IMG/VR virus record: IMGVR_UViG_3300032007_000002
DNA length: 64,000 bases
Direction: 5' to 3' (one strand)
Origin: a virus
Lineage: Duplodnaviria > Heunggongvirae > Uroviricota > Caudoviricetes
This document shows, piece after piece, positions 20,487-31,150 of this stretch (the first letter of the stretch is position 1; each line of letters opens with the position of its first letter). The position numbers and the translations under genes were made by a program. The notes below the pieces were generated by a model, which had not been told where the DNA came from, made no database searches, and worked only from the letters and a program-made list of their open reading frames with translations.

Positions 20487-21488
20487 TTAGATGAGGGGCT
20501 GGACCTTGATGCCTGCTGCTTCGCAGAGAGCGATGGCTTCCGGGCCGCTGAGCTTGGCGACGATTGCCTGGTCGATGCCTTCACCCAGGAGTGCCTGCTT
20601 TGCGCCGCGGAACACGCCTGCGAGCTTGCCACCGATACCCTTGTTCTGGCGGAGGGCCTGACGGGTATGGGCAGCGAGAGACTTTGCACGGTCCTTGATG
20701 CCGACGGTGTTCTTGGCAATTTCGGCCTTGTCGAGGGCGGCGAGGTCTTCGTCAACTTCGGGCTTGTTGCTTCCGGCTTCCTTGATCTTCTTGGCAGCCA
20801 ACTGGGACGCGCGGTCTTCGATGACCTTGGCCGTGCTTTCGTCCTTCGGCTTGCCGTCTTCGCCGAAGAGTTCCGGGCGTGCCTTCTTGTACTTTTCGGT
20901 GATTTCGGCGACAGCGTCGGCCTTGATCTTGTTTTCGTCAACTGCCGGCTTGGCTTCGGTGGCCTGGCGTTCCTTGATGCCCTTCACCTTGTCGGTGCGG
21001 GACTTGTTGGCGTCGATGGTCTTCTGGTCGGCTTCGTTCTGTGCGGCTACCTTCTGTTCCTTTTCGGCCTTCTTTGCGTCGGCAGCGGCCTGCTTTACGC
21101 CGGCCTGGTAGTTCTTGAACGCGGTGTTGATGATGAGCTTCGCGTTGTCCTTGTTGGCGTTGAGGATTGCGACAATCTGCTCGACCGGCTTCTTGATGAC
21201 TTCGTTCACGTCGGTGCGGCCTTCTCCGCCGTCGCCTTCGGTCGCTGCCTCGATCAACACCCTTCCGCGGACGAGGTTGATTGATGCGACATCTTGCGGT
21301 GTCTTGGCCTGGCTTTCGCACATGCCGAGATAGTTCATGAACCTTGCGGTGCCGTTAGTCGGCTGAACCCCCTCGAACAGTGCGCCGCCCACAATGCCGG
21401 CGATTGCTTCGAGCTTCTGCTTGTCGGCCGGGTTCTGCGTAAGAGCCTGGAGCTTGCCCATTCCGGCGAAGAAATTCCTTGTATCCAT
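20487..21488 (-). CDS. Lys/Ala-rich late protein with tandem N-terminal leaders
   Basis: TATAAACT upstream; ALFEG and VLIEA sites; start MDTRN after GAGG. Confidence 0.6.
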   Translation of the reverse strand: MDTRNFFAGMGKLQALTQNPADKQKLEAIAGIVGGALFEGVQPTNGTARFMNYLGMCESQAKTPQDVASINLVRGRVLIEAATEGDGGEGRTDVNEVIKKPVEQIVAILNANKDNAKLIINTAFKNYQAGVKQAAADAKKAEKEQKVAAQNEADQKTIDANKSRTDKVKGIKERQATEAKPAVDENKIKADAVAEITEKYKKARPELFGEDGKPKDESTAKVIEDRASQLAAKKIKEAGSNKPEVDEDLAALDKAEIAKNTVGIKDRAKSLAAHTRQALRQNKGIGGKLAGVFRGAKQALLGEGIDQAIVAKLSGPEAIALCEAAGIKVQPLI

Positions 21489-21553
21489 TTTAGTCCTCGG
21501 ATGTAGTGTTTTGACCAATAGTTTATAGGTTGGGTCGGAAAATTTCTATATTT

Positions 21554-22330
21554 ATGGACATGAAGTGTGTCATTTTCAATAAGATCGTGTTTCACGACGT
21601 GGCCAGGTGGCTTGAAACGTGGGTGAAGGATGATATTGTGGTCGTTCTGGGCTACCATGCGGCACCGGCGGGCTGTACCATCGAGCATGTCCGTGCGGAC
21701 AACCCGGGAAAGAAGATAGTGGTTTACCAGCTTGAACAGCTTTATGACGGGTCCCCCGTGATTAACGGCAGATGCGGGGACTGGCTCAAGAAGGCAGACG
21801 AGGTGTGGGAGTTCGACCTTGGCAACAAGGCATACATGGAGAAGTATGGGTTCCACCCGAAATACGTCCCGCTTTCGTTTACCGACCGGACGCAGGTAAA
21901 CATGAGGCGCCCGGAGGAGAGGGACATCGACATCCTGTTTGTCGGGTTCCCGTCAACCTACCGACTGCAGATGTTGCAGCTGATGATGTCGCGCTTCCAG
22001 TATCGGTTCACTACGATTTTGGGGACCGGCGTGTCGGGCTTGATGCTGGATGAACTCATTTCCAGGTCCAAGATTTTCTTGAATATCCATGCCAACGAGA
22101 ACTACCACTGCCAGGAGCAGGTCAGGCTGTTCCGCGCAGTTTCTGGTGGCTGCTGTGTCGTTTCGGAGCGCAGCCCGTTCAACGAGTTCGGGAAGTCTAT
22201 CGTCGAGTGCGGCTATCACGAAATTGGGCCGACGTGCCGGGAATTGCTGAAAAGCGGGGACTGGCAGAAGATTGCAATGAACGCGTCAGAAACCTACCGC
22301 GCCCACTGCCAAAACCGCAAGAAGGTTTAG
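21554..22330 (+). CDS. glycosyltransferase-like protein (GT-B, CgeB-like C-terminus)
   Basis: DIDILFVG, RSKIFLNIH, RLFRA...CVVSE motifs. Confidence 0.6.
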   Translation: MDMKCVIFNKIVFHDVARWLETWVKDDIVVVLGYHAAPAGCTIEHVRADNPGKKIVVYQLEQLYDGSPVINGRCGDWLKKADEVWEFDLGNKAYMEKYGFHPKYVPLSFTDRTQVNMRRPEERDIDILFVGFPSTYRLQMLQLMMSRFQYRFTTILGTGVSGLMLDELISRSKIFLNIHANENYHCQEQVRLFRAVSGGCCVVSERSPFNEFGKSIVECGYHEIGPTCRELLKSGDWQKIAMNASETYRAHCQNRKKV

Positions 22331-22719
22331 GCTACCGCCCGTTCCTTCGCGAGCTCCTTGGCCTGCTTCTGTGCGGCTATGCGGTCCATGTGCTTCATTA
22401 TCTTGATGAGGGCCATGATTGCATAGCGCCATCCGTGCGCGGAGTCCCGGAGGAAGTGCACCATCGAGTGCGATGTCTCGTTGAGGCAGATGAAGTTTTC
22501 CGGGTGGTCGAGGTTGCAGTAGTTGAGCTCATCCATGTCCAGGTGATGCACAGTGTATTTGCTGTCGAGTTCTGCCCCGGTGACGGGGTCAATGACCTGC
22601 ATCGCCTTGAGTTTCTTACGGAACTTGGTCCACCGGGCAGACGACCTGAACTTGGTCTTCATCTGCTGTGGCTTGCTGAAACGTTTCCGTTTGAATGGCT
22701 TCTTGCATGCAGCGCTCAT
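22327..22719 (-). CDS. HNH-motif endonuclease-like protein
   Basis: VHHLD...NFICLNETSHSMVH. Confidence 0.6.
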   Translation of the reverse strand: MSAACKKPFKRKRFSKPQQMKTKFRSSARWTKFRKKLKAMQVIDPVTGAELDSKYTVHHLDMDELNYCNLDHPENFICLNETSHSMVHFLRDSAHGWRYAIMALIKIMKHMDRIAAQKQAKELAKERAVA

Positions 22720-22770
22720 AATCACCGCTCGGCTGTTCAAGAAAAGTTTAGGATAATTTGGTGCAGAAAG

Positions 22771-22800
22771 GAAAGGCGCCCGCGGTCGCGGACGCCATTT
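22771..22800 (-). terminator. probable intrinsic terminator
   Basis: GC-rich hairpin followed by TTTCCTTTC just after the 22803 stop. Confidence 0.5.
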
Positions 22801-22802
22801 TC

Positions 22803-25800
22803 TTATTCCAACATGGACGGGGTGACATGCCCGATCGGGTGGTCCTCGCCTCCGGTGCGTGCCATCAGGCGGCCTCCGGTTTCTCCTCCCGGCAGTGCCC
22901 ACATGAGCGTCGGGGACGTGCGGTCGTCTGTCGGCGAGTGCTGGTCGGGAAGCGCGTAGCGAGTGACGTTGCGTGCCGGCCAGTCGAACATGTTGTAGAG
23001 GCCCGGGCTGCCGATGCTGCCGTCGTCATATCCTTCGAGGCCCGGGATGTCGATTACGCCCTGCTTTCCGAGGGCGCCGGTTGCCGGACGGATATACTTG
23101 CGGACACTCCAGATGTTCGCGTGTTCGACCTTCGACATGTAGTTGACCCCGGCATTATATTCGCCGTTGACATTGCACGGGATATTCAGGCCGATGCCGC
23201 CATCGCTAACCGGCATGTATGGTTTGCGGAGGCGGGCCATGAGGGTTGCCTTCGGGCCGGATGACGCTTCCTTATCCACGTCGTTTGCGAGGTCCGGGTT
23301 GAGGACACCCGTATCGAGGAACGGGTTATCTTTGTAAAGCGCCGGGATGCAGGAGACATGAATGTCCATCGGGGAAATCATTCCGTATGGGACGTATTCC
23401 AGGCCCTTGTATGAGCTTGAAATGTTGTCGCATGCAGAGTTTGCCCAGATTTCGTGCTCGCCTTCCGCTGTCGGGAGCTTTTCGGAAAGTGCCCGGTTGC
23501 CGTAGAGCGGGGTGAGGTAGGTGGACGGGTATTGACGGTAGCCAGTCGTGAGCCAGCGTCCGAGCTTGGCGGAGAACGTAAAGCTCATGTAAACGCGGGT
23601 GTATGTCGCCTGGTCATGGAACTCCGGTTTGAGACCTTCCTGTGCATTGTTGAGCCACATGTAAGGTGCGCTTGACAATGACGAGATTACTCGGTTTTCA
23701 TTGACGGTGAACCAGTCGGCGTTCGGGTCGAACGAGTTGACTGGATCGCTGATGAAGTTGTCGCACACGAAACGGTTCATGCGGTCGCCATCGCTACCCG
23801 CGGAGAGTTCGGCTTCTAGCTTGTAGCGGTCATAAACGTTCTGGTCTTCAATGGTGCCATCATGGACAACGACCCTGCTGGACGAGTAGAACCGGCGCCC
23901 GAACTTGGACTGCTGTAACGGGAGATACGTCTTGATGAGATTGGCGAGCGCACCGGAATTGTCATTCTCGTCCGGCTGGAACTCGGATATGAATGCGGTG
24001 TTGTTATTGTTGCCGGCCCATCCGTATTGCCGGATGACGTCCGCGGGAAGAAGTTCGCGCTGTTCGGAAGTGAGCTGTTCCGCTGTGGATGCGTCGATGA
24101 CCGGCGCCTCCGCGCTGTCGAGAGAAACCATGTCAACGAACGGACAGAAGAACTGCGCCGCGCCATAGTTGCCTGCCGCAGTTTCTATTCTGCGCAGGCT
24201 TTCATCGTAGTCAACTGTCTGCAGGTCGGCGAGACGGCGGAAGTCGTCAAGCATGACTGCGATTGACTTGGTCTTGATGCGGCCGTCGGCGTTCAGCATG
24301 TCGGAAACGACATCTATCAGGATACGGTTGCACGGTTCATACTGGGTTCCCGGCATGCCAATGTCGTCATCGACCGGCGCTTCAATTTCCTTGGGGACGG
24401 AGTAGAGCGTAGCATCCTTGTAGTAGGGCAGATTGTCAATGTAGTCGCGGAACTTTGCGCGGAAACCTTCCCATTTCGGGGAAGCGGAAGCTGCCTCGTA
24501 GTCGAAGAACGCGTTGACAAGCAGTCTGGGCATGGTCTTCGGCTTGAAGAGCCACATGTCGTCGCCGACACCGTCAAGTTCGTATGCTTCGTAGTCGTTT
24601 GTGTCAGTAGTATCGCGATCGAAGAAACCGTCGATTGCCGGGAAGGCGCTTCTCGGTTCAACCCCGACATCAATCGTGGTTCCTTCCGACGAGAACAACG
24701 AATTGTAGTCCAGGCGGAGACGGAGCTTGGAGAAGTCCTCGATTAACTGCTGGTATGCCTTGGCTGCCTGGCGAACCGGGTTGCCGGAAGCGTCGGACAC
24801 GGTGTCCTTGGACGTGGCGGGCATCTTCACGCGGAGACGGTAAGCGATTGCACTTTCGCTGCCGGTCGGGCCCGTATGCCCTGCGCCGTCATCGCGGCTG
24901 TCCGAACCCTTTGCGTAGGTAAGCGGGACATCGTCGGCGCTGAACGCGAGGACACCGTCCTTGTGCGTAATACGGGAGAAGTCATCGAAGTCGCCCGGGT
25001 TCGCGAAGTGGTTTACGAGGTCGTAGTTGGCGTGCCATGCGCGGTCCGTAATCGAATCCGTGCCAGCGTCGGCCCACATCGTCATTGCTTCCGCGATTGA
25101 GTTGAGGCGCTTTCTTCCGCTGAGTTTCCACTGGAACGTATTGGTTGCGCCCTGGAATACCGTGGCGAGTAGGTAACGCTTGTCACCTTCCGGGAAATGC
25201 GTCCGGGTAGTGTCGGTCAGGTCGTCAGAGAGGGAGAAGAAACGGTTGAACTCCTGGAGTTTGCCACTCTCGCCGGTTCCGCCGTCCGGCAACCCGATCA
25301 GGTTTTCGCATCTGGTGCGGAGACCCATGTTCAGCGTTGTCGGCGTTTCGGGGTCGATTTCTTGGTTGAGACGGACAAACACGACGCCACATACGGCGAC
25401 GTTGCCGATGACGAACCGGCGGTCGGAAACGCTCCACGGGAAGTCCCCGTTGACCGTAATCGTGGTCGGGGCCGGGTCTTCATCGCTCGGGTAAGTTTCT
25501 GCCGTGGCTATGCCATCTACCCATGCTTCCGCCGGTTCCGTCGCGGAGTTGGTCAGGTGAACTCGCACCGGGAGGGAGACGCCAGTCACGCTGTCATGGT
25601 CGCCTTCCGTATCCGGGTTATGAACAATCGGTTCCCCGTTCAGGTCGCGGATTGCTTCCGTGGTCTTGAAGGTGAACGAACCCGAACCGATGTTGAGGTC
25701 GGTAATCGGGTAGCGGGTGGTCGAAAATTCCTGGAACCCGCCACACACGTAAACGCGCGGCTGGGCGATGAGCGCATAGTAGCCGCTGAGGTCCTTGACA

Positions 25801-27872
25801 TTTCCCTGCTTGAATGCCTGTTCAAAACTGAGGTTTTCGAGCGCGACTTCAATCTCGCAAGTGTCGCCGTCCTTCGTGGAAAGCGGGGCGGGAAGATGGA
25901 TGAATGTCGGCTTGACGACGGTTGTCCCGTCTTCTTTCGGCTTGAGCTCGTTGTAGATGGTGACCACATGGCGGTTGCACTCGTAACGCTCGATATTGCC
26001 TTCCCCGTCGTCTTCCTCGTAGTCGAGGTTGCCTACCGGGTATGCGTCGCCCGTGACGTGGGCGCCTTCGCGGACGAGCGTGATGCTGTTGTTGTAGTCA
26101 ACGTTGCTGTATGGCGTATGCCCGGTAAACGGCCAGTCCCTCGGGAGGGCGGGCTCGTTGGTCATGTCCACCTTGGCGTCGCTGTTGGAGCCGTAACCCC
26201 AGTGGATTACCGGGTGGCTGGGTTCCTGCTCGTATGCGGGAGTACCGTCGTCCATCTCCGCGGTAACCGCTGCGCCGGTTTCTCCGGTGTAGTAGCCGCC
26301 GAGGCCGAAGTTCTCGATGTTCACCACGGAACCCTTGGCGTTGGTGAACGGGGTGGAACCCGGATAGAGGAACCAGTTCACGAAGGCGCCGGCATCGCGT
26401 TCCGTGCTGTATGCGTTCTTGGAAATTCCTTCCGTGCTGTCCTGGACGAACCCGAACACTTCCTTGTCGCTGTAACCCTTGCGGAAGTGGGGGATGTTCT
26501 TCACTCCGTTACATGCCCAGACGTTGTCACTTAAACTCGGGTCGGCAAACGGGTTATGTTCGCGGTCAGACATGTCAGCAATGTTGGGAATTTCAACATA
26601 CTGGTCCTGCATCGTCCCTTCGATAATGTCCTGTGGCATGTCGGAGATGCGGATGAAGCTGTACGTATCGGTGTCTGCATCCTTCGTGAGCGAGTAAACT
26701 CCGTTTCCGGTGTTCTGCGCGGTGAGCGACACGATTGTATCGTCACCGACATCTATTTCGACATCGACCGTGTCGCGGCCAACATGTGTCACCGTGCATC
26801 CGGCGGGGATGTCGATGAGGAAGGTCGTGGTATCGGTAGTCGCGTCGTAGGCGACCTGTTCGACTTCCGCCACGGTTACTTGCAGCGCGGTTCCTTCGAT
26901 GTCGGAACCGGGTGCGGCGACCGGGGTGAGGCTGACTATGGCGTCCGCGGTTGCGCTGAAATCACCGAGAAGGGTGAACATCAGCTTGTCGCCAACCTTG
27001 TCGATGCTTTCCACCGGGATGCGGAACTTGCCTTCCGAGTAACGGACCTTCTGGCGGAACACGATATCCGCTTGTGTATTTTCATACTTGACGCCGTATG
27101 ACTGCTTGAGGAACAGCGGGTTACGGGTCCGGTCGTAGTCGTCGCCGCATGTCGGCTCGTTCGGGACGCCGGACTGGTTCACTTCCGGGAACCCTATCGG
27201 GCTAATCTCGATGTTGCCGTTGTCCTTGACGATGATGTCGCTCTGCGGCCAGTTGACGTAGCTGGCGATGCGGTCGCTTTCCGCGTCATATTCGCTCTTG
27301 AACCCGGATATGTAATGGCCGAGCCAGGTTTCCGCGTTGAAGTCGGTAGTGACGGTGTCTTCCGCCGCATCGACTATCTGGAACCCGTTGGCCACCGCAT
27401 ACAGTTCGGCCGTGTCGGGAACGTCGATGATTTCGAAGAAGATGCCTTCCGCGGTTGCGCCCATGTCGTCCACGGGCAGCGTGATTGTTACCGACTGCTG
27501 GGGATTTACGGTAAACGGTTCCTTGCGGTACGTGCCGTCGATGGACACGTTTACGGTGAACGGGCGGTCAAGGAGTGTGCCGTTGTCGTGTGCGGCGATT
27601 GCGAAGTTGAATTTCAGGAACTTGCCGTCCTCGATGCTTTCCGGCATCGCGGCGAACTTGAGGGCGGCCTTGCGGCTGCCGATGGAGCCGGTAGTGCGCC
27701 GGCGGAACGTCATGCAGACGTAGTAGGGCTGTACGGAACCCATGGGGAGCCGGTCGCTGGGCCAGGCTACCGACACGTCGGTGTCCGTGCCGCTACGCAG
27801 CACTGCGTCGCCCGCCTTTGGGAGGTCTTCAAAAGTGGCGTTTCCGCCAATCCACAGATCGATGCTGGCCAT
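22803..27872 (-). CDS. very large acidic virion structural protein (tail/baseplate?)
   Basis: ~1690-aa ORF; TATAAACT upstream; alternative TTG start at 27884. Confidence 0.55.
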   Translation of the reverse strand: MASIDLWIGGNATFEDLPKAGDAVLRSGTDTDVSVAWPSDRLPMGSVQPYYVCMTFRRRTTGSIGSRKAALKFAAMPESIEDGKFLKFNFAIAAHDNGTLLDRPFTVNVSIDGTYRKEPFTVNPQQSVTITLPVDDMGATAEGIFFEIIDVPDTAELYAVANGFQIVDAAEDTVTTDFNAETWLGHYISGFKSEYDAESDRIASYVNWPQSDIIVKDNGNIEISPIGFPEVNQSGVPNEPTCGDDYDRTRNPLFLKQSYGVKYENTQADIVFRQKVRYSEGKFRIPVESIDKVGDKLMFTLLGDFSATADAIVSLTPVAAPGSDIEGTALQVTVAEVEQVAYDATTDTTTFLIDIPAGCTVTHVGRDTVDVEIDVGDDTIVSLTAQNTGNGVYSLTKDADTDTYSFIRISDMPQDIIEGTMQDQYVEIPNIADMSDREHNPFADPSLSDNVWACNGVKNIPHFRKGYSDKEVFGFVQDSTEGISKNAYSTERDAGAFVNWFLYPGSTPFTNAKGSVVNIENFGLGGYYTGETGAAVTAEMDDGTPAYEQEPSHPVIHWGYGSNSDAKVDMTNEPALPRDWPFTGHTPYSNVDYNNSITLVREGAHVTGDAYPVGNLDYEEDDGEGNIERYECNRHVVTIYNELKPKEDGTTVVKPTFIHLPAPLSTKDGDTCEIEVALENLSFEQAFKQGNVKDLSGYYALIAQPRVYVCGGFQEFSTTRYPITDLNIGSGSFTFKTTEAIRDLNGEPIVHNPDTEGDHDSVTGVSLPVRVHLTNSATEPAEAWVDGIATAETYPSDEDPAPTTITVNGDFPWSVSDRRFVIGNVAVCGVVFVRLNQEIDPETPTTLNMGLRTRCENLIGLPDGGTGESGKLQEFNRFFSLSDDLTDTTRTHFPEGDKRYLLATVFQGATNTFQWKLSGRKRLNSIAEAMTMWADAGTDSITDRAWHANYDLVNHFANPGDFDDFSRITHKDGVLAFSADDVPLTYAKGSDSRDDGAGHTGPTGSESAIAYRLRVKMPATSKDTVSDASGNPVRQAAKAYQQLIEDFSKLRLRLDYNSLFSSEGTTIDVGVEPRSAFPAIDGFFDRDTTDTNDYEAYELDGVGDDMWLFKPKTMPRLLVNAFFDYEAASASPKWEGFRAKFRDYIDNLPYYKDATLYSVPKEIEAPVDDDIGMPGTQYEPCNRILIDVVSDMLNADGRIKTKSIAVMLDDFRRLADLQTVDYDESLRRIETAAGNYGAAQFFCPFVDMVSLDSAEAPVIDASTAEQLTSEQRELLPADVIRQYGWAGNNNNTAFISEFQPDENDNSGALANLIKTYLPLQQSKFGRRFYSSSRVVVHDGTIEDQNVYDRYKLEAELSAGSDGDRMNRFVCDNFISDPVNSFDPNADWFTVNENRVISSLSSAPYMWLNNAQEGLKPEFHDQATYTRVYMSFTFSAKLGRWLTTGYRQYPSTYLTPLYGNRALSEKLPTAEGEHEIWANSACDNISSSYKGLEYVPYGMISPMDIHVSCIPALYKDNPFLDTGVLNPDLANDVDKEASSGPKATLMARLRKPYMPVSDGGIGLNIPCNVNGEYNAGVNYMSKVEHANIWSVRKYIRPATGALGKQGVIDIPGLEGYDDGSIGSPGLYNMFDWPARNVTRYALPDQHSPTDDRTSPTLMWALPGGETGGRLMARTGGEDHPIGHVTPSMLE

Positions 27873-27900
27873 TGGTTCCGTCAATTCTAGTTACTGTCCC

Positions 27901-27949
27901 TAGTTTATATCCGCCAGGGGGTCGGAGGAAGGTTTCGGACTATAAACTA
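27901..27949. promoter_or_regulatory. back-to-back pair of putative late promoters
   Basis: TAGTTTATA (27901-27909) and TATAAACTA (27941-27949) between divergent structural genes. Confidence 0.7.
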
Positions 27950-27974
27950 CGGATGTAAGACTTACGGTAACCAA

Positions 27975-29333
27975 ATGGCAGGTAAAGGAATTAACAAGCG
28001 CATCATTGAACTTGACGAGTTTGCCAGGAACGGTGACGTAGACCCGGACGTAAACATCGACCGCCTCCAGAACGACTGGCCCGACAATAGCCAGCCGTGG
28101 AGCGCCAACTGGTGGATTCCCCTTGACTGCAAGCCCGCGGAAGGTGCTACCGACCTTGAAGACCACGGGACGCTGCGGTTGCCGTTTTCCCGTGTCGCCA
28201 TGCTGGACCAGTCCGGCAAGGTGCCGAACGCGATGCTTCCTGGCTATGTTGACGAGTGGGTGCTTGGCGAAATGACCATCACGACCGGGACGGGCGGGGC
28301 GGAAACGCAATACCTGTTCCACCCGACCGATGGAAGCGGCGCCGATTACGAGTGCCCGGTAATTACTCCGGGTTCGGACCACAGGAAGCCGGAAGGCCGC
28401 TTTGTGTATGTCGCCCGGAAGGTTACTATAAAGGACGCGGAAGGTGAACATGTTATTGTTGACGGGTCAACTACTCCATCCGAAGTCCAGTATCGCTATC
28501 TGGAAACTGCTGGCGGGAGCGGATATTTCTCCCCAATTCCCCAGACGATGGTATTGAAGGATGGGCGCGGCACGCTCGTTGTGCTCGGTGATGCCGACCA
28601 GGAAGTTGACATCAATATCGGCACCCCGCAGAACAAGGCGAGCGGAGCAACCAACCCGCTTGCCATCGCTACACAGGACGGGAAGGATAAACTGATCCAC
28701 TGCAACAGCGGTGTGACTGCCGGAACTTACACTGTTCTCCGTAAGAACGACAACATAACCGTGCTGTCCGACATGGAGATTGACGCGCAGGGGCACGTCA
28801 CCGGATTCGTGGATAAGTCTGGAACCCCGAGCATTGCGGATTACCTGAATTACTGCCCGATTACATCAAACTACGGTTATAAGCATGGTGTGAAGGATGG
28901 GTCGGAATACAACCATCTGTTCCCACCAACGACTGACGACCGGTCGGTGCTCGAAGTTGTGGCAAATACCAATGCAATTAACAACTTTAAGGGCGGTCAT
29001 CACTACCGGATAAGCATGGACATCCAGTATGATGTGGCAAGTTTGGCAGCGGAGTTTGCCCGGTTCTCGTCTTATATTCAGTTTACGTCAGACCAGGAAT
29101 ACCAAAAATTCATGCTTGGTGACAGTGTACTGAATTTGGCGGTTCAGTACCCCCAATTCATTCATATTGACGCCGTGGTTAAAGTTCCAGGAAACGCTAC
29201 CACATCCGCCGAACTTGGTTTTATGTTCGGATTGCCGGAAGATGGGCAGCAATTCCCGTCCGAGGGCGCCTATACTACCCGGAAGGATGACAGCACCCGA
29301 GTGGTGCGTTACTCCATCCGCGAGTTGCTCTAA
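27975..29333 (+). CDS. putative tail fibre-related protein
   Basis: LDQSGKVPNAMLPGYVDE, SGVTAGTY and IDAQGHVT fibre-type motifs. Confidence 0.6.
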   Translation: MAGKGINKRIIELDEFARNGDVDPDVNIDRLQNDWPDNSQPWSANWWIPLDCKPAEGATDLEDHGTLRLPFSRVAMLDQSGKVPNAMLPGYVDEWVLGEMTITTGTGGAETQYLFHPTDGSGADYECPVITPGSDHRKPEGRFVYVARKVTIKDAEGEHVIVDGSTTPSEVQYRYLETAGGSGYFSPIPQTMVLKDGRGTLVVLGDADQEVDINIGTPQNKASGATNPLAIATQDGKDKLIHCNSGVTAGTYTVLRKNDNITVLSDMEIDAQGHVTGFVDKSGTPSIADYLNYCPITSNYGYKHGVKDGSEYNHLFPPTTDDRSVLEVVANTNAINNFKGGHHYRISMDIQYDVASLAAEFARFSSYIQFTSDQEYQKFMLGDSVLNLAVQYPQFIHIDAVVKVPGNATTSAELGFMFGLPEDGQQFPSEGAYTTRKDDSTRVVRYSIRELL

Positions 29334-29938
29334 GAAACGGCAACCAGCCTGACTTCTTTTGTGTCCCAGTCGAACCCGTCTGGGACACTTTCTTTTATCG
29401 CATAAAGCAGGCCCTTGTTCTGCAGTGCAATGACATATTCATGGGATTCCGCGACTAGGTCGTAGATTAGTTCCTTGTTCACGGGGAGCGTCATTTGGCG
29501 TTCGCGCTTTACCTTTGCCGTCTCGACAGTGTCTTCGTCGTCGATGCGCCATTCGTCGGAAACGGAGAGCTCCCCTTCGTACAGTTCGTCCGGCGACGGG
29601 TTCATGCCCAGTGCGACGAGGGTCGTGCTTGCCTTCTGCGCCCGCCGTTCGATCACGTCGTTGATGCGGGACTCGTATTCAATCAGGTCAATCGCCCTGA
29701 ATTGTACGAAACGCGGGGTTTCCGATATGGCTTTCTTGTAGTATTCCTTCAATTCCGGGGATAGCGATGCCGGGTCCAGTTCGGCGAACGAGTTGAAACG
29801 GTCGTTTTCGCTCCAGCACCCGCGGTCACCGAGGATGATGTGCTTGAAGTCGAGGGTAACAGGGCCATTGCCGGCGAGATGCCATTCATTGGTGCCCTTG
29901 TCGCGCCATTCGGCGTATAGCGATATGTGATGGCTCAT
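29330..29938 (-). CDS. hypothetical protein (paralog of 43528-44061)
   Basis: GGAGG before MSHHIS; shared TLPVNK(E/D)L; the upstream part of the 655-aa ORF is antisense shadow. Confidence 0.65.
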   Translation of the reverse strand: MSHHISLYAEWRDKGTNEWHLAGNGPVTLDFKHIILGDRGCWSENDRFNSFAELDPASLSPELKEYYKKAISETPRFVQFRAIDLIEYESRINDVIERRAQKASTTLVALGMNPSPDELYEGELSVSDEWRIDDEDTVETAKVKRERQMTLPVNKELIYDLVAESHEYVIALQNKGLLYAIKESVPDGFDWDTKEVRLVAVS

Positions 29939-29991
29939 GGGAAACCTCCGTTTGCAGGTAAAACTATATTTTCCGGCAGCTTTCGGAAAGT

Positions 29992-30004
29992 TTTTGCTAT
30001 ATTT
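29992..30004 (+). promoter_or_regulatory. putative early/host-type promoter TTTTGCTATATTT
   Basis: Same motif recurs at 35044, 40387, 46803, 51221, 52816, 55956, 60780 and 63847, with variants at 21543, 32656 and 43417. Confidence 0.7.
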
Positions 30005-30010
30005 CCTTGC

Positions 30011-31150
30011 ATGGAAAAGGAAATTACTGCATCCGGCGAGAAAATCGCCATCATTGGTGACCTCCACCTGTCCCCGAAGTGCGAGAACGCGTCTATCCGT
30101 TCCGCCGTCGTGGGTGGCCAGGAGGCGTTTATCGACAAGTTGGTAGCCGACCTCCACGAGCAGGGCATCAAGAAGGCCGTGTTCTGCGGCGACCTGTTTA
30201 CCACGCGCACGTTTATCTCGGTCACCGGCCTTGAATACGCAATCGACATGTTCAGGAACAAGCTGAAGGACATCGAGTGCTATGTCATCGCGGGAAACCA
30301 CGACCTCGCGTATGAGAACAGTGCGGAAAGCACTTCCATCAGGTTCCTCGAACTGCTCCCGAATGTGCATGTCTTCGTCGATACGATCGGCAAGGCAAAG
30401 CTCGCCGGCAAGCAGTTCTTCTTCGTTCCGTGGATTGTCACCCCGGAGAAGGAGATCGAAGTGCGCAAGTGGCTCGAAAAGCTGGCTACGAAGTCCGCGG
30501 CGACCCGTGCGAACACGGTCATTGTCGGGCACTTCGACATTTTCGGCGCCCTCATGGAAGCGGGACAGATGTCCCCGGGCGGCATCGAGCCGGATAAGTT
30601 CACCGACGCGGTAGGCCTCACGATTTCCGGCCACTACCACTGCCGGTCCGAAATCGTCAGGACCAATTCCAAGATCGTGTATGCGGGTAGCCCGTATCAC
30701 CTGTCCTTCGCCCATGTGGGAACGGACTGCGGCTATTACATCTACGACGGCAACGAGATGCAGTTCGTGGAAAATAAGGTTTCCCCGCGTTTCATCGACA
30801 TCACCGACACCGAATATGTCGACGAGGAGACCGGCGACCTTTCCAAGTGCCTTGTCCGTCTGTTCCTTAACAGGGACTGCTCCGATGCCGAACAGGTTGT
30901 CCTGAAGCATTCCATCGAACAGCATAAGCCGCTCCACATCAAGACCGTCCCGTATGGAGACGCCGACGACATCGAAGATCTCCGTATCGCCGATGACGAG
31001 GAGACCAGGAAGCTGCTCAATGCCGACCAGTTCGGCATGGCCGAAATGTATCTCGCGAAGCATCCCGAAAAACTGCCAACACTTCACTCCGGCAAGGACC
31101 CTGCAAAGGAAATCCTCCGGTTCCTGTCCGAATATGCGGACAAGCAGTAG
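30011..31150 (+). CDS. recombination endonuclease subunit (T4 gp47 / SbcD / Mre11-like)
   Basis: GDLH, GDLF, GNHD, GHF, SGHYH, YAGSPY metallophosphoesterase motifs with gp47-like length. Confidence 0.85.
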   Translation: MEKEITASGEKIAIIGDLHLSPKCENASIRSAVVGGQEAFIDKLVADLHEQGIKKAVFCGDLFTTRTFISVTGLEYAIDMFRNKLKDIECYVIAGNHDLAYENSAESTSIRFLELLPNVHVFVDTIGKAKLAGKQFFFVPWIVTPEKEIEVRKWLEKLATKSAATRANTVIVGHFDIFGALMEAGQMSPGGIEPDKFTDAVGLTISGHYHCRSEIVRTNSKIVYAGSPYHLSFAHVGTDCGYYIYDGNEMQFVENKVSPRFIDITDTEYVDEETGDLSKCLVRLFLNRDCSDAEQVVLKHSIEQHKPLHIKTVPYGDADDIEDLRIADDEETRKLLNADQFGMAEMYLAKHPEKLPTLHSGKDPAKEILRFLSEYADKQ